DNA from: Candidatus Parcubacteria bacterium
GTDB taxonomy: Bacteria; Patescibacteriota; Minisyncoccia; Phycocordibacterales; UBA12088
Reading direction: 5' to 3'
DNA: 64,000 nucleotides
NCBI GenBank assembly: GCA_003694545.1
Contig: RFKD01000051.1
Span: 4,505-68,504 of the forward strand
The notes beneath the pieces were generated by a model that made no database searches, was not told the DNA's origin, and worked only from the letters and a program-made list of their open reading frames with translations. The position numbers and the translations under genes were made by a program. Numbering within the stretch: the first letter of the stretch is position 1; every line of letters begins with the position of its first letter. Shown in pieces: positions 19,310 through 29,718 of this stretch.

Positions 19310-19870
19310 TCAATATTGGCGGGATACGCCGCCTTGCCCCCCTGTGATAAGCCATTCTGATGATGCGTTGGGGTCATTCCAAGGCGAATCCATACAGGCA
19401 TCCCCTGAAGGACCAGCTGAAACCAACCCCCTCACGAGCAGCATATAGCGCGCTGGGCACCCCCAATAGGTGCCGTTCCACGCGTAGTAATGGGGAGTGT
19501 AGCCTTGAGGAAATTGAGGTATTTTAGGCAAAAAGGCAACATTGTTGGGATTTACCACCCTGCCACCCCCGATATCAACGCGGCCCTCCAAAAACCTCAT
19601 AAAACCATTGCCATTGGTAGGTGTATCCCAACAGCACGAGTTGCCCACATCGTAACCGCCTGTGGGGACAGGGTAAAATCCATACTCAGCATAAAACATC
19701 TCCAAAGCTTTTTGTAATTCGCGCAATGAAGCAAGCGCGTAGGCATCTCTTGCTTTTGCCCGGGCGCTGTTCACCGAGGCAAACACAATTGAAGAAAGCA
19801 ATCCAACAATCGCTATCACTACGAGAAGTTCTATGAGGGTGAATCCTGTGCTTTTCGTATGAATCGGCAT
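19310..19870 (-). CDS. Type IV pilin / GspG-like prepilin
   Basis: G|FTLIELLVVIAIVGLLSSIV, ARAKARDA, ALEMFY; Cys-rich variable C-terminus. Confidence 0.92.
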   Translation of the reverse strand: MPIHTKSTGFTLIELLVVIAIVGLLSSIVFASVNSARAKARDAYALASLRELQKALEMFYAEYGFYPVPTGGYDVGNSCCWDTPTNGNGFMRFLEGRVDIGGGRVVNPNNVAFLPKIPQFPQGYTPHYYAWNGTYWGCPARYMLLVRGLVSAGPSGDACMDSPWNDPNASSEWLITGGQGGVSRQY

Positions 19871-20058
19871 ATATGCGCTCATCATAACGACCACAGCGAA
19901 GCTGTCAACACACCGTCAGCAGGTCCGTTGCTTTGTGGCGGTAACGAAAAACAACTTTTGTTCTCCCTTTCACAAAGGCACGATTCTTGACCTGGAGTTT
20001 TGAAGTTTTGATATGTTGCAGGTTTTACGAGCTGGCGTCATAGATGTTTGAAGGTATG

Positions 20059-20083
20059 TTTCCCCATCTCCTTGATTTTGTGC
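20059..20083 (-). repeat. Remnant of the tRNA-linked element
   Basis: CTCCTTGATTTTGTGC (20068-20083) is identical to 21375-21390, 51917-51932 and 52112-52127. Confidence 0.6.
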
Positions 20084-20266
20084 AGAATACTGGAAAAATA
20101 GCTCAAAATGCCCCCGCCGCCGAGGTGGCGGTTGCTGGCTCGGTGCGTCCGGCTCAAACAATATCGAACTCGGCGAAACCGCTCCGCTGACAATATCAAA
20201 TTTTTGGCGGACTAGGTACGAGCGTGCCGAGCACACACAATTCTGTTCTGTTCTTTCAAAAAATAA

Positions 20267-20292
20267 GAGCCGCGTCACGAGGAATGCGGCTC
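20267..20292 (-). terminator. Intrinsic terminator of the 20330-20959 gene
   Basis: GAGCCGC/GCGGCTC stem followed on the minus strand by TTATTTTTT. Confidence 0.6.
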
Positions 20293-20329
20293 GACTAGAG
20301 AACACTATTGCGTTTCTTCTTCGCGTTCG

Positions 20330-20959
20330 TTAGAAGGTCATGCGGGGGACGGTAAGAGTCATCACTCCAATGGCCCTGACCGCGGTGGCCATATGGTCTA
20401 TGACACCGCGAATCGTGGAGAGCGTTTCCTTCAGAATTTGATCGCACTTCGCGAAGTCGTGCTTCTCGCTCTCGGAATTACAGTAGTCAGACTGAACGAC
20501 GCGTTGCGTTGCCCAGCGCCCGGCAGTCTCTCCAGCATCGGCTGACATGACCAGCACTTCGCCAGCAAATGAGGCCCAGTCATTGATCTTCTCGACGAGA
20601 GACTGCGGCACGGGTGTACCTGGCACGCCATCCTTCATCTCGTCGAGAAGCTCCTGGCCGCGAGCGACCACGACTTCGCTGAGCAGAACCACTTGTGCGT
20701 ATTTGTCGAGTGTCTCGGCGTAAAGCCGCGACACCTCGGTGCCGTCCTGATTCGCGTCCTCGCGGGCGCGGAGGGCGGACAGCATCGTATGCAGGTAGAA
20801 TTCGGCGGTCTTCTCGGATACGCCGAACTGGGCGACGATCTCGGGCTTCTTCTGATTGACGAATACCGTGACCTTGTCCTTGCTCTGAGCGTTGGCTGAG
20901 AGCGGGGCAAGAGTCGCGAACGCGATGGCAAAGATCGTGTAGAGCGTGCGAGCAGACAT
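20330..20959 (-). CDS. Secreted hypothetical protein
   Basis: Signal peptide ending ANA|Q; AGGGAGG Shine-Dalgarno upstream; 209-aa open frame. Confidence 0.8.
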   Translation of the reverse strand: MSARTLYTIFAIAFATLAPLSANAQSKDKVTVFVNQKKPEIVAQFGVSEKTAEFYLHTMLSALRAREDANQDGTEVSRLYAETLDKYAQVVLLSEVVVARGQELLDEMKDGVPGTPVPQSLVEKINDWASFAGEVLVMSADAGETAGRWATQRVVQSDYCNSESEKHDFAKCDQILKETLSTIRGVIDHMATAVRAIGVMTLTVPRMTF

Positions 20960-21192
20960 GATGCCCTCCCTGTTGCTCGTGGCAGTTCATTAATATTGTA
21001 CACCTAAATCACTCCCGTGTCAAGTATTTACGATGCACTAGAAATTGCCTTATTTAGCAATATATTTTGGATTGTATGTCCCAAAATTCCTTTTTCCCAA
21101 TGCAAAACCAATATTCAAATGGGAGTGTGGGCATATTGCGCGAGCCGCGGAGCGAAGTTAAGCGGCAAGCGCTGGATAGCATTCCTGTCTGG

Positions 21193-21387
21193 TGCGGGTA
21201 GGGGAAATCGGTCGCCAGTTCTAAGCAAATTCACCGCCTGCGGCGTCTCATTTGCTAAGAACTTGCGACCCCGGCTTCGGAGCAACCCAAACGCGAGTTT
21301 GGGGATCCGCTGCGCCTCAGTTCGATTTCCCCATCGAGCTACAAAATCATAGTTGGCGAATGCTTCGCATCCACCTCCTTGATTTTG
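21193..21387 (-). mobile_element. 195-bp tRNA-linked hairpin element (complete copy) ending in a duplicated tRNA-Gly 3' end followed by CCA
   Basis: Minus strand ends CGATTTCCCCTACCCGCA-CCA (21190-21210), 195 bp from the tRNA's own end; internal antisense copy of the T-arm. Confidence 0.75.
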
Positions 21388-21458
21388 TGCGGGTAGGGGG
21401 AATTGAACCCCCGTCTCATCCATGGCAAGGATGCGTTCTACCACTAAACTATACCCGC
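21388..21458 (-). tRNA. tRNA-Gly (anticodon GCC), CCA not encoded
   Basis: GCGGGTA/TACCCGC acceptor; CATCC-TTGCCAT-GGATG anticodon arm; GTTCAAT T-loop. Confidence 0.96.
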
Positions 21459-21603
21459 CCAATCTTTAGCGTAGCAAACACGCAAGCTTAGTTCAAGCAA
21501 GCACGCTCGGGCGCATCTCGCAGGGGAGGGGGAGAGCGGCCAGGTGCTTCGGAAACGGCGGCGTTTATAAAAACGCCAAAAAGTCTCAAAACGCCAATGT
21601 CCT

Positions 21604-21632
21604 TGTGGATAGCGCTGTGGATAGGTGGATAA
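21604..21632. promoter_or_regulatory. Three tandem DnaA-box-like 9-mers
   Basis: TGTGGATAG (21604, 21616) and GGTGGATAA (21624), each 8/9 to TGTGGATAA. Confidence 0.45.
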
Positions 21633-21797
21633 ATCGAAGTCTCCTATGAAAAACAAGGGTTTTTTATAGGTTGTAAGTTGTCTTTAACCTTTACATGCCG
21701 TCTTTTCCGGATCGTATAACCACGCGAGTTGTTGATAACTGAAGGTGTGTCTCACTTGCTGGTCTGCGGAAGCGGGTGTGCTACAGTACTTTCGCGT

Positions 21798-22226
21798 ATG
21801 CGAAACAGGCGCGCCCAACGCCGGTTTGGCCTCTTGGCGCAGGCGCTCGCGGAGCGGTTTTTGGTGGAACGCAAAGGGTGGCACATTTTGGCGCGCAACG
21901 AACGCTCCGGTAGAGCGGAAGCAGATCTTATTGGAAAAGCGCCGGACGGATCACTGCGCGCGGTGGAGGAGAAGGGGGCGCGCGGTGCGATTGACGGGGA
22001 GGGGAATGTTCTGCGCGCTCCGTCCATCTTGCCCGTTGAACACCTCACGCGCGAGCAAATGGCGCGCGTGGCGCGCGTGCTGCGCGATTGGCGGGTAAAA
22101 GGCGGCGCTCACAAAAAGGCGGGCGCGGGGAAATGGGCCGTGGATGTGTGCCTCGTTATTGTTGACGAGCAAACCGCTCGCGCCCGCGTTGAACATCTGG
22201 AAGCTCTGATTGAGGGGCAGGGGTAA
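21798..22226 (+). CDS. YraN (UPF0102) family endonuclease
   Basis: G..AQALAERFL...GWHILARN...EADLI...VEEK and a C-terminal VDV pattern. Confidence 0.8.
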   Translation: MRNRRAQRRFGLLAQALAERFLVERKGWHILARNERSGRAEADLIGKAPDGSLRAVEEKGARGAIDGEGNVLRAPSILPVEHLTREQMARVARVLRDWRVKGGAHKKAGAGKWAVDVCLVIVDEQTARARVEHLEALIEGQG

Positions 22227-22289
22227 GGTCAAGCTAGAGGTAGGGGGGAATATTCCTTTTAGAGGCGTTTTGTGGCATAGTGCAAGAGG

Positions 22290-22363
22290 CGGGGTGTGGT
22301 GTAATGGTAGCACGCATGCTTTGGGTGCATGTAGTCCGAGTTCGAGTCTCGGCACCCCGACCA
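22290..22363 (+). tRNA. tRNA-Pro (anticodon TGG), CCA encoded
   Basis: CGGGGTG/CACCCCG acceptor; CATGC-TTTGGGT-GCATG; GTTCGAG; ACCA end. Confidence 0.96.
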
Positions 22364-22485
22364 GATGCAACTTTTATTAATTCTGCGAGAAGATGTTTGC
22401 TCGCTCCGCCTCGCTAACGCTCGGCTCCGCTCGCATTTTTCCTTATATTTCGAGATTAAATCAAAGGGCTTTTGAAAATCAAAAA

Positions 22486-22782
22486 TCAGTTTTCTATCCA
22501 GCAGGCGGCGGTTCGTTCCAATTTTCCCGCAACAGATTTTATTTCATCAAAAGCGTCTGACGAAGCCAGTTCTTCAGCGTGATGAGCGGATAAAATCCAC
22601 TCTTTCAATGGTTCAATCCAATTGTTTCCCTTTCGCCCAAAATCAGCCTTTCTTTTGTTAAGGTCTGTTTTTGTTTTAATGAGCTCGTCTTTTTTGGCAA
22701 GATACGTTTCTTTTTCAATACTGCCGTCCAAAAAGGCGTTGACCAATCTATTCAACTTTTGCTGGGTTTCCTCTTGTCCCAA
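22486..22782 (-). pseudogene. C-terminal remnant of a large serine recombinase-like protein
   Basis: KLNRLVNAFLDGSIEKETYLAKKDEL resembles the coiled-coil region of large serine recombinases; no catalytic domain; points toward tRNA-Pro. Confidence 0.6.
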
Positions 22783-22907
22783 TCTTCCCGTGCGCGGGCG
22801 ACAAAGTGGAACTCCCTATTTGTTGACTAAAGCAAAAATAATTCATATACTACCAATATAAGCAAGAACTTGAGTATACATAACTATATTAATAAAGTTT
22901 TATAATT

Positions 22908-23117
22908 ATGCCAAAGAGTAAAGCAACTATCGGCGAGAATATACGGAAGTACCGCCTGCAAAAAAATATGTCGCAAGACCGCCTGTCTAAATTGGCGGAT
23001 GTCGCTTTTCATACCATCGTCAAGATAGAATCCGGCGAGACGCCAAATCCTACAATAGAAACGGTCAGGAAAATCGCCGCCGCGCTTGGCGTGAGTATTG
23101 ATGATTTAATGAAGTAA
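22908..23117 (+). CDS. XRE-family HTH regulator (possible RM controller protein)
   Basis: IGENIRKYR..MSQDRLS..IESGETPNPTIETVRKIAAALGVSIDDL. Confidence 0.92.
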   Translation: MPKSKATIGENIRKYRLQKNMSQDRLSKLADVAFHTIVKIESGETPNPTIETVRKIAAALGVSIDDLMK

Positions 23118-23119
23118 CT

Positions 23120-26100
23120 ATGACGAACCATTCCGATCTCACATTTATCACAAACGAAGAAGGACAGAATCTCCTCGAGCGTTTCAGGGTGTTGATAAAA
23201 GACACCGAGTTCTTTGATGTCCTTGTAGGCTATTTCTATACCAGCGGCTTTTATACCCTATATAAATCATTGGAGAAAACTAAAAAAATCAGGATTCTTA
23301 TCGGCATCAGCACCAACCGGCAGACACTTGATCTGATAGAAAAGGCAGAGCAACAGGAGCTTACATTCTCCCATGCGGAGACGAAGGAACACTTTTCCAA
23401 TCTGCTTGCTGGAGAAATGGAGAGCGCGGAGGACAGCAGAAAAGTAGAAGAAGGGGTTACAAAGTTTATGGAGTGGTTGCAAAACGGAAAACTCGAAATC
23501 AGGGCGTATCCGACAGAAAATATCCACGCCAAGCTTTACATTATGACTTTTGTAGAGAGCGACAGAGACGTCGGGAGGGTCATCACAGGTTCAAGCAATT
23601 TTACCTACTCAGGCTTAGTGGAAAATCTTGAGTTCAATGTGGAGTTGAAAAACCGCGCTGATTATGAATTCGCCAAAGAAAGATTTGAGGAGCTTTGGAA
23701 AGAAGCTGTTGACGTCAGCGAAAAATACATTCAGACGATTCAGGAAAAAACCTGGCTCAACCCGAATGTAACCCCCTATGAGCTATACCTAAAATTTCTG
23801 TACGAATATTTTAAAGACGAGTTAAGCCAAACCGATGAAATGTTTTGTCGCTACTTACCCCACGACTTCAGGAAACTTGAATATCAGGAGCAAGCGGTTT
23901 TAAACGCCAAAAAAATCCTCGAGGAATACGGTGGTGTATTCATTTCGGATGTTGTGGGTTTGGGAAAGACTTACATTTCAGCCATGATCGCCGGTCAGCT
24001 TGACGGCAGAACGCTGGTCATCGCTCCGCCGGTTTTGCTTGACAAAACAAATCCCGGCTCATGGCCAAATGTGTTTTCCGATTTTCGGATTTCGGCGGAC
24101 TTTGAGTCCATTGGAAAATTAGACGATATCCTGCGCAGAGGAACAGAAAAATACAAGAACATTATTATAGATGAAGCCCATCGATTCCGCACGGAAACCA
24201 ACATCACCTACGAAAAATTAGCCGAAATCTGTCGAGGCAAGCGAGTGATTCTGGTCACAGCCACGCCGTACAACAATTCCCCAAAAGACATCTTAAGCCA
24301 GATAAAGCTGTTCCAAAAAGCAAGGAGAAGCACGATTCCCAATCTGCCTGATTTGGAAGGCTTCTTTGGAGGATTGGAGAGGAAGCTTAAAAAGCTCGAC
24401 AGGCAAAAAGATTACTCCGAATACATCAGAGTAGTTAAAGAGAATGCCAAAGAAATCCGCGAGAAGGTGCTCAAGTATTTGATGGTGCGTCGCACCAGAA
24501 CTGAAATCTTAAAATACTTTCCCGATGATTTGGCTAAGCAAAATCTCAAGTTTCCGGATGTCGATGATCCAATGCCGCTTTTTTACCAGCTTAATGAAGA
24601 AGAAGACAAAATATTCAACACAACCATAGAGATGATTACCAAAAAATTTACTTACGCTCGTTACACGCCACTTTTGCCAAAATACTATAAAGGTTCAATT
24701 GACCTTTTTGAGGAACAATCCCAGAAGAACATGGGTAAGTTCATGAAGATTCTTTTGGTGAAACGGCTTGAGAGCAGCTTCTTTGCTTTCAAGCAATCAA
24801 TTGGCCGCTTTATCTCCTCTTATGAGATGTTTATCAAAGAGTTCAAAAAGGGACATGTTTATATCAGTAAAAAATACGCGAACAAGATTTTTGAATATCT
24901 GGAAAATGATGATGACGAAGCCATCCAAAAGCTGATCGATGGGGGTAAAGCCGAAAGATACGACAGCGAGGATTTTACCGAAGACTTTATCAAAGATCTG
25001 GAAAGCGATCTCACTATATTGACCACTATCTTATCTCTCTGGCAAAACATTAAACGAGATCCCAAACTACTCACGTTCCTTGATGAACTTTCAAAAAATA
25101 AAATACTCCAAAATAAGCTCATCGTTTTTACCGAATCAAGAGAAACCGCCGAATATCTGGCAAGAAATATCAATAATAAATTTGGAGACATCACGCTTTG
25201 TTTTACTGGCAGATCAGAAGAAGCCACCCGCGATAAAGTGATCGATAATTTTGATGCAAAAGTGCGCCATCCCAAAGACGATTATCGCATTCTGGTTTCG
25301 ACCGAGGTCTTGTCAGAGGGCGTCAACCTGCATCGCTCCAATGTGGTCGTAAATTATGACATACCCTGGAATCCAACCCGCATGATGCAAAGGGTCGGAC
25401 GCATCAACAGGATCGATACGACGTTCGACAAAATCTATACTTTTAATTTTTTCCCAACCAAACAATCGAACGACCAGATCAAACTCAAAGAAGCGGCAGA
25501 GGCTAAAATCAATGCTTTTCTTACATTGCTAGGCGGCGATGCGGCGTTGTTAACTGAAGGCGAACCGGTTGACTCACATGAGCTTTTCAATCGGTTAATC
25601 TCCAAAAAGACCCTGATTGGCGAAGACGAAACCGAAGAAAGCGAGCTTAAGTATTTGCAAGTGATTAAAAATATTCGGGACAAAAACCCTGACCTATTTG
25701 AAAAAATCAAGCGTTTGCCCAAGAAAGTCCGGACAGCAAAAAAGGATGTTGGACATCGAGATTCACTGGTAACTTATTTCAGGCGTGGCAAGCTACAGAA
25801 ATTTTTTATAGCTGATCAAAGCTCGGTTGCCAGGGAACTTGATTTTATAAGTGCTGCACGTATACTCGCAAGTGCCAGTGATGATAAAAAACAAAAACTG
25901 CCGGAAAAGTTTTTTGACCTTCTGGATAAAAATAAAGAGGCTTTTCTTCGTGCCACTACCGAAGAGATGGTTGAACCCGTAAAAAAACGTGGTCATGACA
26001 GCGCCGCACAATTGCTCAAAATTCTCAAAGCTACAGTGGGGAACACACAACCGTTCACGGACGAGCAGGAGCAGTATATTAAACAGGTCATCGTCCAGTT

Positions 26101-26308
26101 GGAGGAAGGCGGTTTACCTAGGCAAACAGTCAAAGAAACCCTCAAGGCGCTGAATGAACTCAAGCAGGATTTAATTAACCCGTTTAAAGTGCTGGCTACA
26201 CTGCAAAGCCACATCCCCGAGCAATTTTTACGACAGCACTATGCAGAGCAGAATCCGCGTTCAGTCGGGAAAAGGGAAGTGATTCTATCAATGTATTTAA
26301 CAGGATAA
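23120..26308 (+). CDS. PLD-nuclease / SNF2-type helicase fusion
   Basis: IHAKLYI and GSSNFT (PLD), DVVGLGKT, DEAH, TATP, SEGVNL, QRVGRINR. Confidence 0.92.
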   Translation: MTNHSDLTFITNEEGQNLLERFRVLIKDTEFFDVLVGYFYTSGFYTLYKSLEKTKKIRILIGISTNRQTLDLIEKAEQQELTFSHAETKEHFSNLLAGEMESAEDSRKVEEGVTKFMEWLQNGKLEIRAYPTENIHAKLYIMTFVESDRDVGRVITGSSNFTYSGLVENLEFNVELKNRADYEFAKERFEELWKEAVDVSEKYIQTIQEKTWLNPNVTPYELYLKFLYEYFKDELSQTDEMFCRYLPHDFRKLEYQEQAVLNAKKILEEYGGVFISDVVGLGKTYISAMIAGQLDGRTLVIAPPVLLDKTNPGSWPNVFSDFRISADFESIGKLDDILRRGTEKYKNIIIDEAHRFRTETNITYEKLAEICRGKRVILVTATPYNNSPKDILSQIKLFQKARRSTIPNLPDLEGFFGGLERKLKKLDRQKDYSEYIRVVKENAKEIREKVLKYLMVRRTRTEILKYFPDDLAKQNLKFPDVDDPMPLFYQLNEEEDKIFNTTIEMITKKFTYARYTPLLPKYYKGSIDLFEEQSQKNMGKFMKILLVKRLESSFFAFKQSIGRFISSYEMFIKEFKKGHVYISKKYANKIFEYLENDDDEAIQKLIDGGKAERYDSEDFTEDFIKDLESDLTILTTILSLWQNIKRDPKLLTFLDELSKNKILQNKLIVFTESRETAEYLARNINNKFGDITLCFTGRSEEATRDKVIDNFDAKVRHPKDDYRILVSTEVLSEGVNLHRSNVVVNYDIPWNPTRMMQRVGRINRIDTTFDKIYTFNFFPTKQSNDQIKLKEAAEAKINAFLTLLGGDAALLTEGEPVDSHELFNRLISKKTLIGEDETEESELKYLQVIKNIRDKNPDLFEKIKRLPKKVRTAKKDVGHRDSLVTYFRRGKLQKFFIADQSSVARELDFISAARILASASDDKKQKLPEKFFDLLDKNKEAFLRATTEEMVEPVKKRGHDSAAQLLKILKATVGNTQPFTDEQEQYIKQVIVQLEEGGLPRQTVKETLKALNELKQDLINPFKVLATLQSHIPEQFLRQHYAEQNPRSVGKREVILSMYLTG

Positions 26309-26312
26309 TAAT

Positions 26313-29300
26313 ATGGACAGACAACAAGCTCAAAAGCTGATTAAAGAAACTTTTGAAAATCCTTTTGATAAAGGCAAATTTGCCCGTTTTATAAAAAATC
26401 TCCTTAACCGAGTTGAAGACGCCCCTTTCACGTACCAAGGCAATTATATCCCCGAAGCTTACCAACCTTACATCTCATCGTTGGAGCGTCTTTACAAATA
26501 TTCAGGCGGAGAACATAAGATTGACATACTTGTCGTTCAACTGAAAAAACAAACTTCGCTGGAACGCGCCCGTACCATGCAGCGCAATTTCATTGCCCGG
26601 TACTTAAACGGCAGCCGTGGCGGTGAAATGAAAGATGCCGCGCTGGTTGCCTTTGTTTCTCCTGGTGAAGTGGACTGGCGTTTTTCGCTGATTACAATGG
26701 ACTACCGTTTTGAAGAAACAAAAGACGGAAAAGTAAAAGTCAAAGAAGAATTTACTCCGGCAAGGCGCTGGTCGTTTCTGGTAGGAAGCAACGAAGCCAG
26801 CCACACCGCCCAGAGCCGACTGGTGAACATTCTCGTCGATGATGAGCACCATCCCACACTCCAGCAACTGGAAGAAGCCTTCAACATTGAAACTGTTACC
26901 AAAGAGTTCTTCATCAAATACCGCGAGATGTTTATCCGTACGAAGGAAGAACTGGATACAGTGGTGGCACGAGACGCCAAAATCAAAGCCGATTTTGATG
27001 CCAAAGGTATTGACACGGTCAACTTTGCCAAAAAGCTGCTCGGCCAAATCGTCTTTCTTTATTTTCTGCAAAAGAAAGGCTGGTTTGGCGTCAAGCGGGA
27101 CGCCAAATGGGGTACGGGCTCCAAACATTTTTTACGAGAACTTTTCGAAGGCAAATATGGCAGCTATAACAATTTTTTCAACGATATTCTTGAACCTCTC
27201 TTTTATGAAGCGTTGCGCATCGACCGCAGTCATGACGACCATTATTACAGCCGGTTCAATTGTAAGATTCCGTTTCTGAACGGAGGGCTGTTTGATCCTA
27301 TCGGCAATTACGACTGGGTACACACGGACATCAACATACCGAACGAGCTTTTTTCCAACACAGTAAAAACCAAAGAAGGCGATATTGGTAACGGTATTTT
27401 AGATATCTTTGACCGCTACAACTTTACGGTCAAGGAAGATGAGCCTTTGGAAAAAGAGGTCGCCATCGATCCGGAGCTTTTGGGTAAAACGTATGAAAAA
27501 TTCAACGCTATCCGTCCGGATAATTTTGAAGAATACAAGGCGGCTTTAAAGAGCGGGCAAAAGGGTGCTGAAAACAAGTTCAACAAGACATTTGGTGTTT
27601 ACTACACCCCGCGGGAAATCGTGCATTACATGTGCAAGCAGAGCCTGATTAATTATCTTTTCACTAAGGCGGAAGAAGAGGGGATTTCTAACGATATTAA
27701 AAAGCAAGACATCGAAGACCTGATCGAAATCGGCGAGATGATTACCGAACACGAGGCAACCGCTCTTAACAAAGAGGATAAAATTAGAAACGGCATCCAG
27801 AAATCCACGAAATACGAGAGGCTTTCATCCGACAGTATACGAAAAAATGCCAAAATCATAGATAACTGGCTGGCTGACATTACCGTGTGCGATCCGGCAG
27901 TGGGTTCCGGCGCCTTCCCGGTGGGCATGATGCATGAAATTGTCAAGGCTCGTAATCTCCTTTCCACATTTATTCAAGACCCTAACCGCACCATTTATAC
28001 CTTCAAACGCGAATGCATCGAAAAATCCCTCTATGGCGTGGACATCGACCCCGGCGCGGTGGAGATTGCCAAACTGCGGCTCTGGCTGTCGCTGGTGGTG
28101 GATGAGGATGATATCCGCCAGATCAAGCCTCTGCCGAATTTGGATTATAAAATTGTGTGCGGAAATTCGCTGCTGGGTGTGGAGAAGAATTTGTTTAATA
28201 ACCAACTGTTTGCCGAACTGGAACGACTGAAGCCGCTTTACTTTCATGAAACCAATCCCACAAAAAAGCAGGAATACAAAAAGGAGATTGATGACTTGAT
28301 TAGCCAAATTACCAACGGACATACGGAATTTGATTTTGAGGTCTATTTTTCCGAGGTGTTTCATAAGAAGGGCGGGTTTGATGTGGTGATTGGAAATCCG
28401 CCGTACATCCAACTTCAAAAAGCGATTGATGATAAGCAAAAATACGCTGATCTCTATAAAAATGCATGCTACGAGACTTTTGATAGGTGCGGAGATATTT
28501 ACTGCCTCTTTTATGAAAAAGGCATACACATTCTCCGACCCAATGGCGTTTTGTGTTTTATCACCAGCAATAAATGGATGCGGGCAGGCTACGGCAAATC
28601 TCTCCGAAGATTTTTCCTCAAGCATAATCCCAGACTTTTGATTGATTTAGGTCCCGGCGTTTTTGAAAGCGCGACCGTGGATACCAATATTCTCATAATG
28701 CAAAAATCCGAGGAAAAACCCGCCCCGGTGTGTCTCGATGCTGTTACCTTAACTGAAGAGGCAAAAGAATCGGACATTGCTTTGTATATTAAGAAGAACA
28801 GAAAACGCTTGACGGCTCTGAGCGAGAATGCTTGGTTTATTGGCAGCGCTGCTGAACAGCAACTCAAAGAAAAAATCGAACGCATAGGTAAACCACTGAA
28901 AGATTGGGATGTGAATATTTATTATGGTATTAAAACCGGCCTAAACGAAGCCTTTATCATCACTACTGAAAAGCGTAATGAAATACTAGCAAACTGCAAA
29001 GATGAAGAAGAAAGAAAACGCACCGAAGCCATCATCAAACCTATTTTACGAGGCAGAGATATCAAGCGATATTATCAAGCGATATTATTACGAATGGGCA
29101 GGGTTTTGGGTGATAGTAATTCCAGCAGGCTGGACAAATGTAAATAAAGGTGAAGTCACCGCAGAAAAATTTATAAACATGAAGTTTCCTGCATTAATGC
29201 AGTATTTGAAAATATATGAAGAAAAAGCCAGAAAACGCGATGATCAAGGTGATTATTGGTGGGAATTACGCCATTGTGCCTACTACCCCGAATTTGAGAA

Positions 29301-29718
29301 AGAGAAGGTGGTGTGGAGTGATATTGCCTCAGAACCAACTGTTACCGTTTTACCTAAGGGATTATATTTCAATAATACCGTTTACATGGTTTCTTCAAGA
29401 ACCCCACGCTATTTTGCCGGTATTTTAAATTCTCGCGTGATAAAATGGTATTTCTCTAAAATAGCAACGGATCTAGGAGAAAAAGGTCGGCGCTTTTTTA
29501 AAATCTTTGTTGAGGTTATGCCTTTGATACCCATCACCCCTGCCAACCAGCCCATTGTTCAGCAAATAGAGGCATTGGTAGATAAAATCCTTGCAGAAAA
29601 GAAACAAAACCCGCAAGCAGACACCAAAGAATACGAACACCAGATTGACCAGCTCGTCTATAAACTCTACGATCTGACACCGGAGGAAATTAAGATTGTG
29701 GAAAATTCACGATCGTGA
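26313..29718 (+). pseudogene. Type IIG (Eco57I-like) restriction-modification enzyme split by a frameshift
   Basis: GVYYTPREIV, DPAVGSGAF, IGNPPY; a 13-bp tandem duplication at 29060-29088 moves the TaqI-like specificity domain (YYEWAG..WWELR.CAYYPEFEKEK) into another frame. Confidence 0.88.

Noticed and set aside
21115-21462. Similar peptides read through both complete elements (ORFs 21115-21462 and 51840-52181; 195 bp is 65 codons)
   Set aside because: The frames start in or at tRNA genes, the similarity follows from nucleotide identity, and substitutions preserve base pairing rather than residues. Worth rechecking only if more copies keep the frame open.
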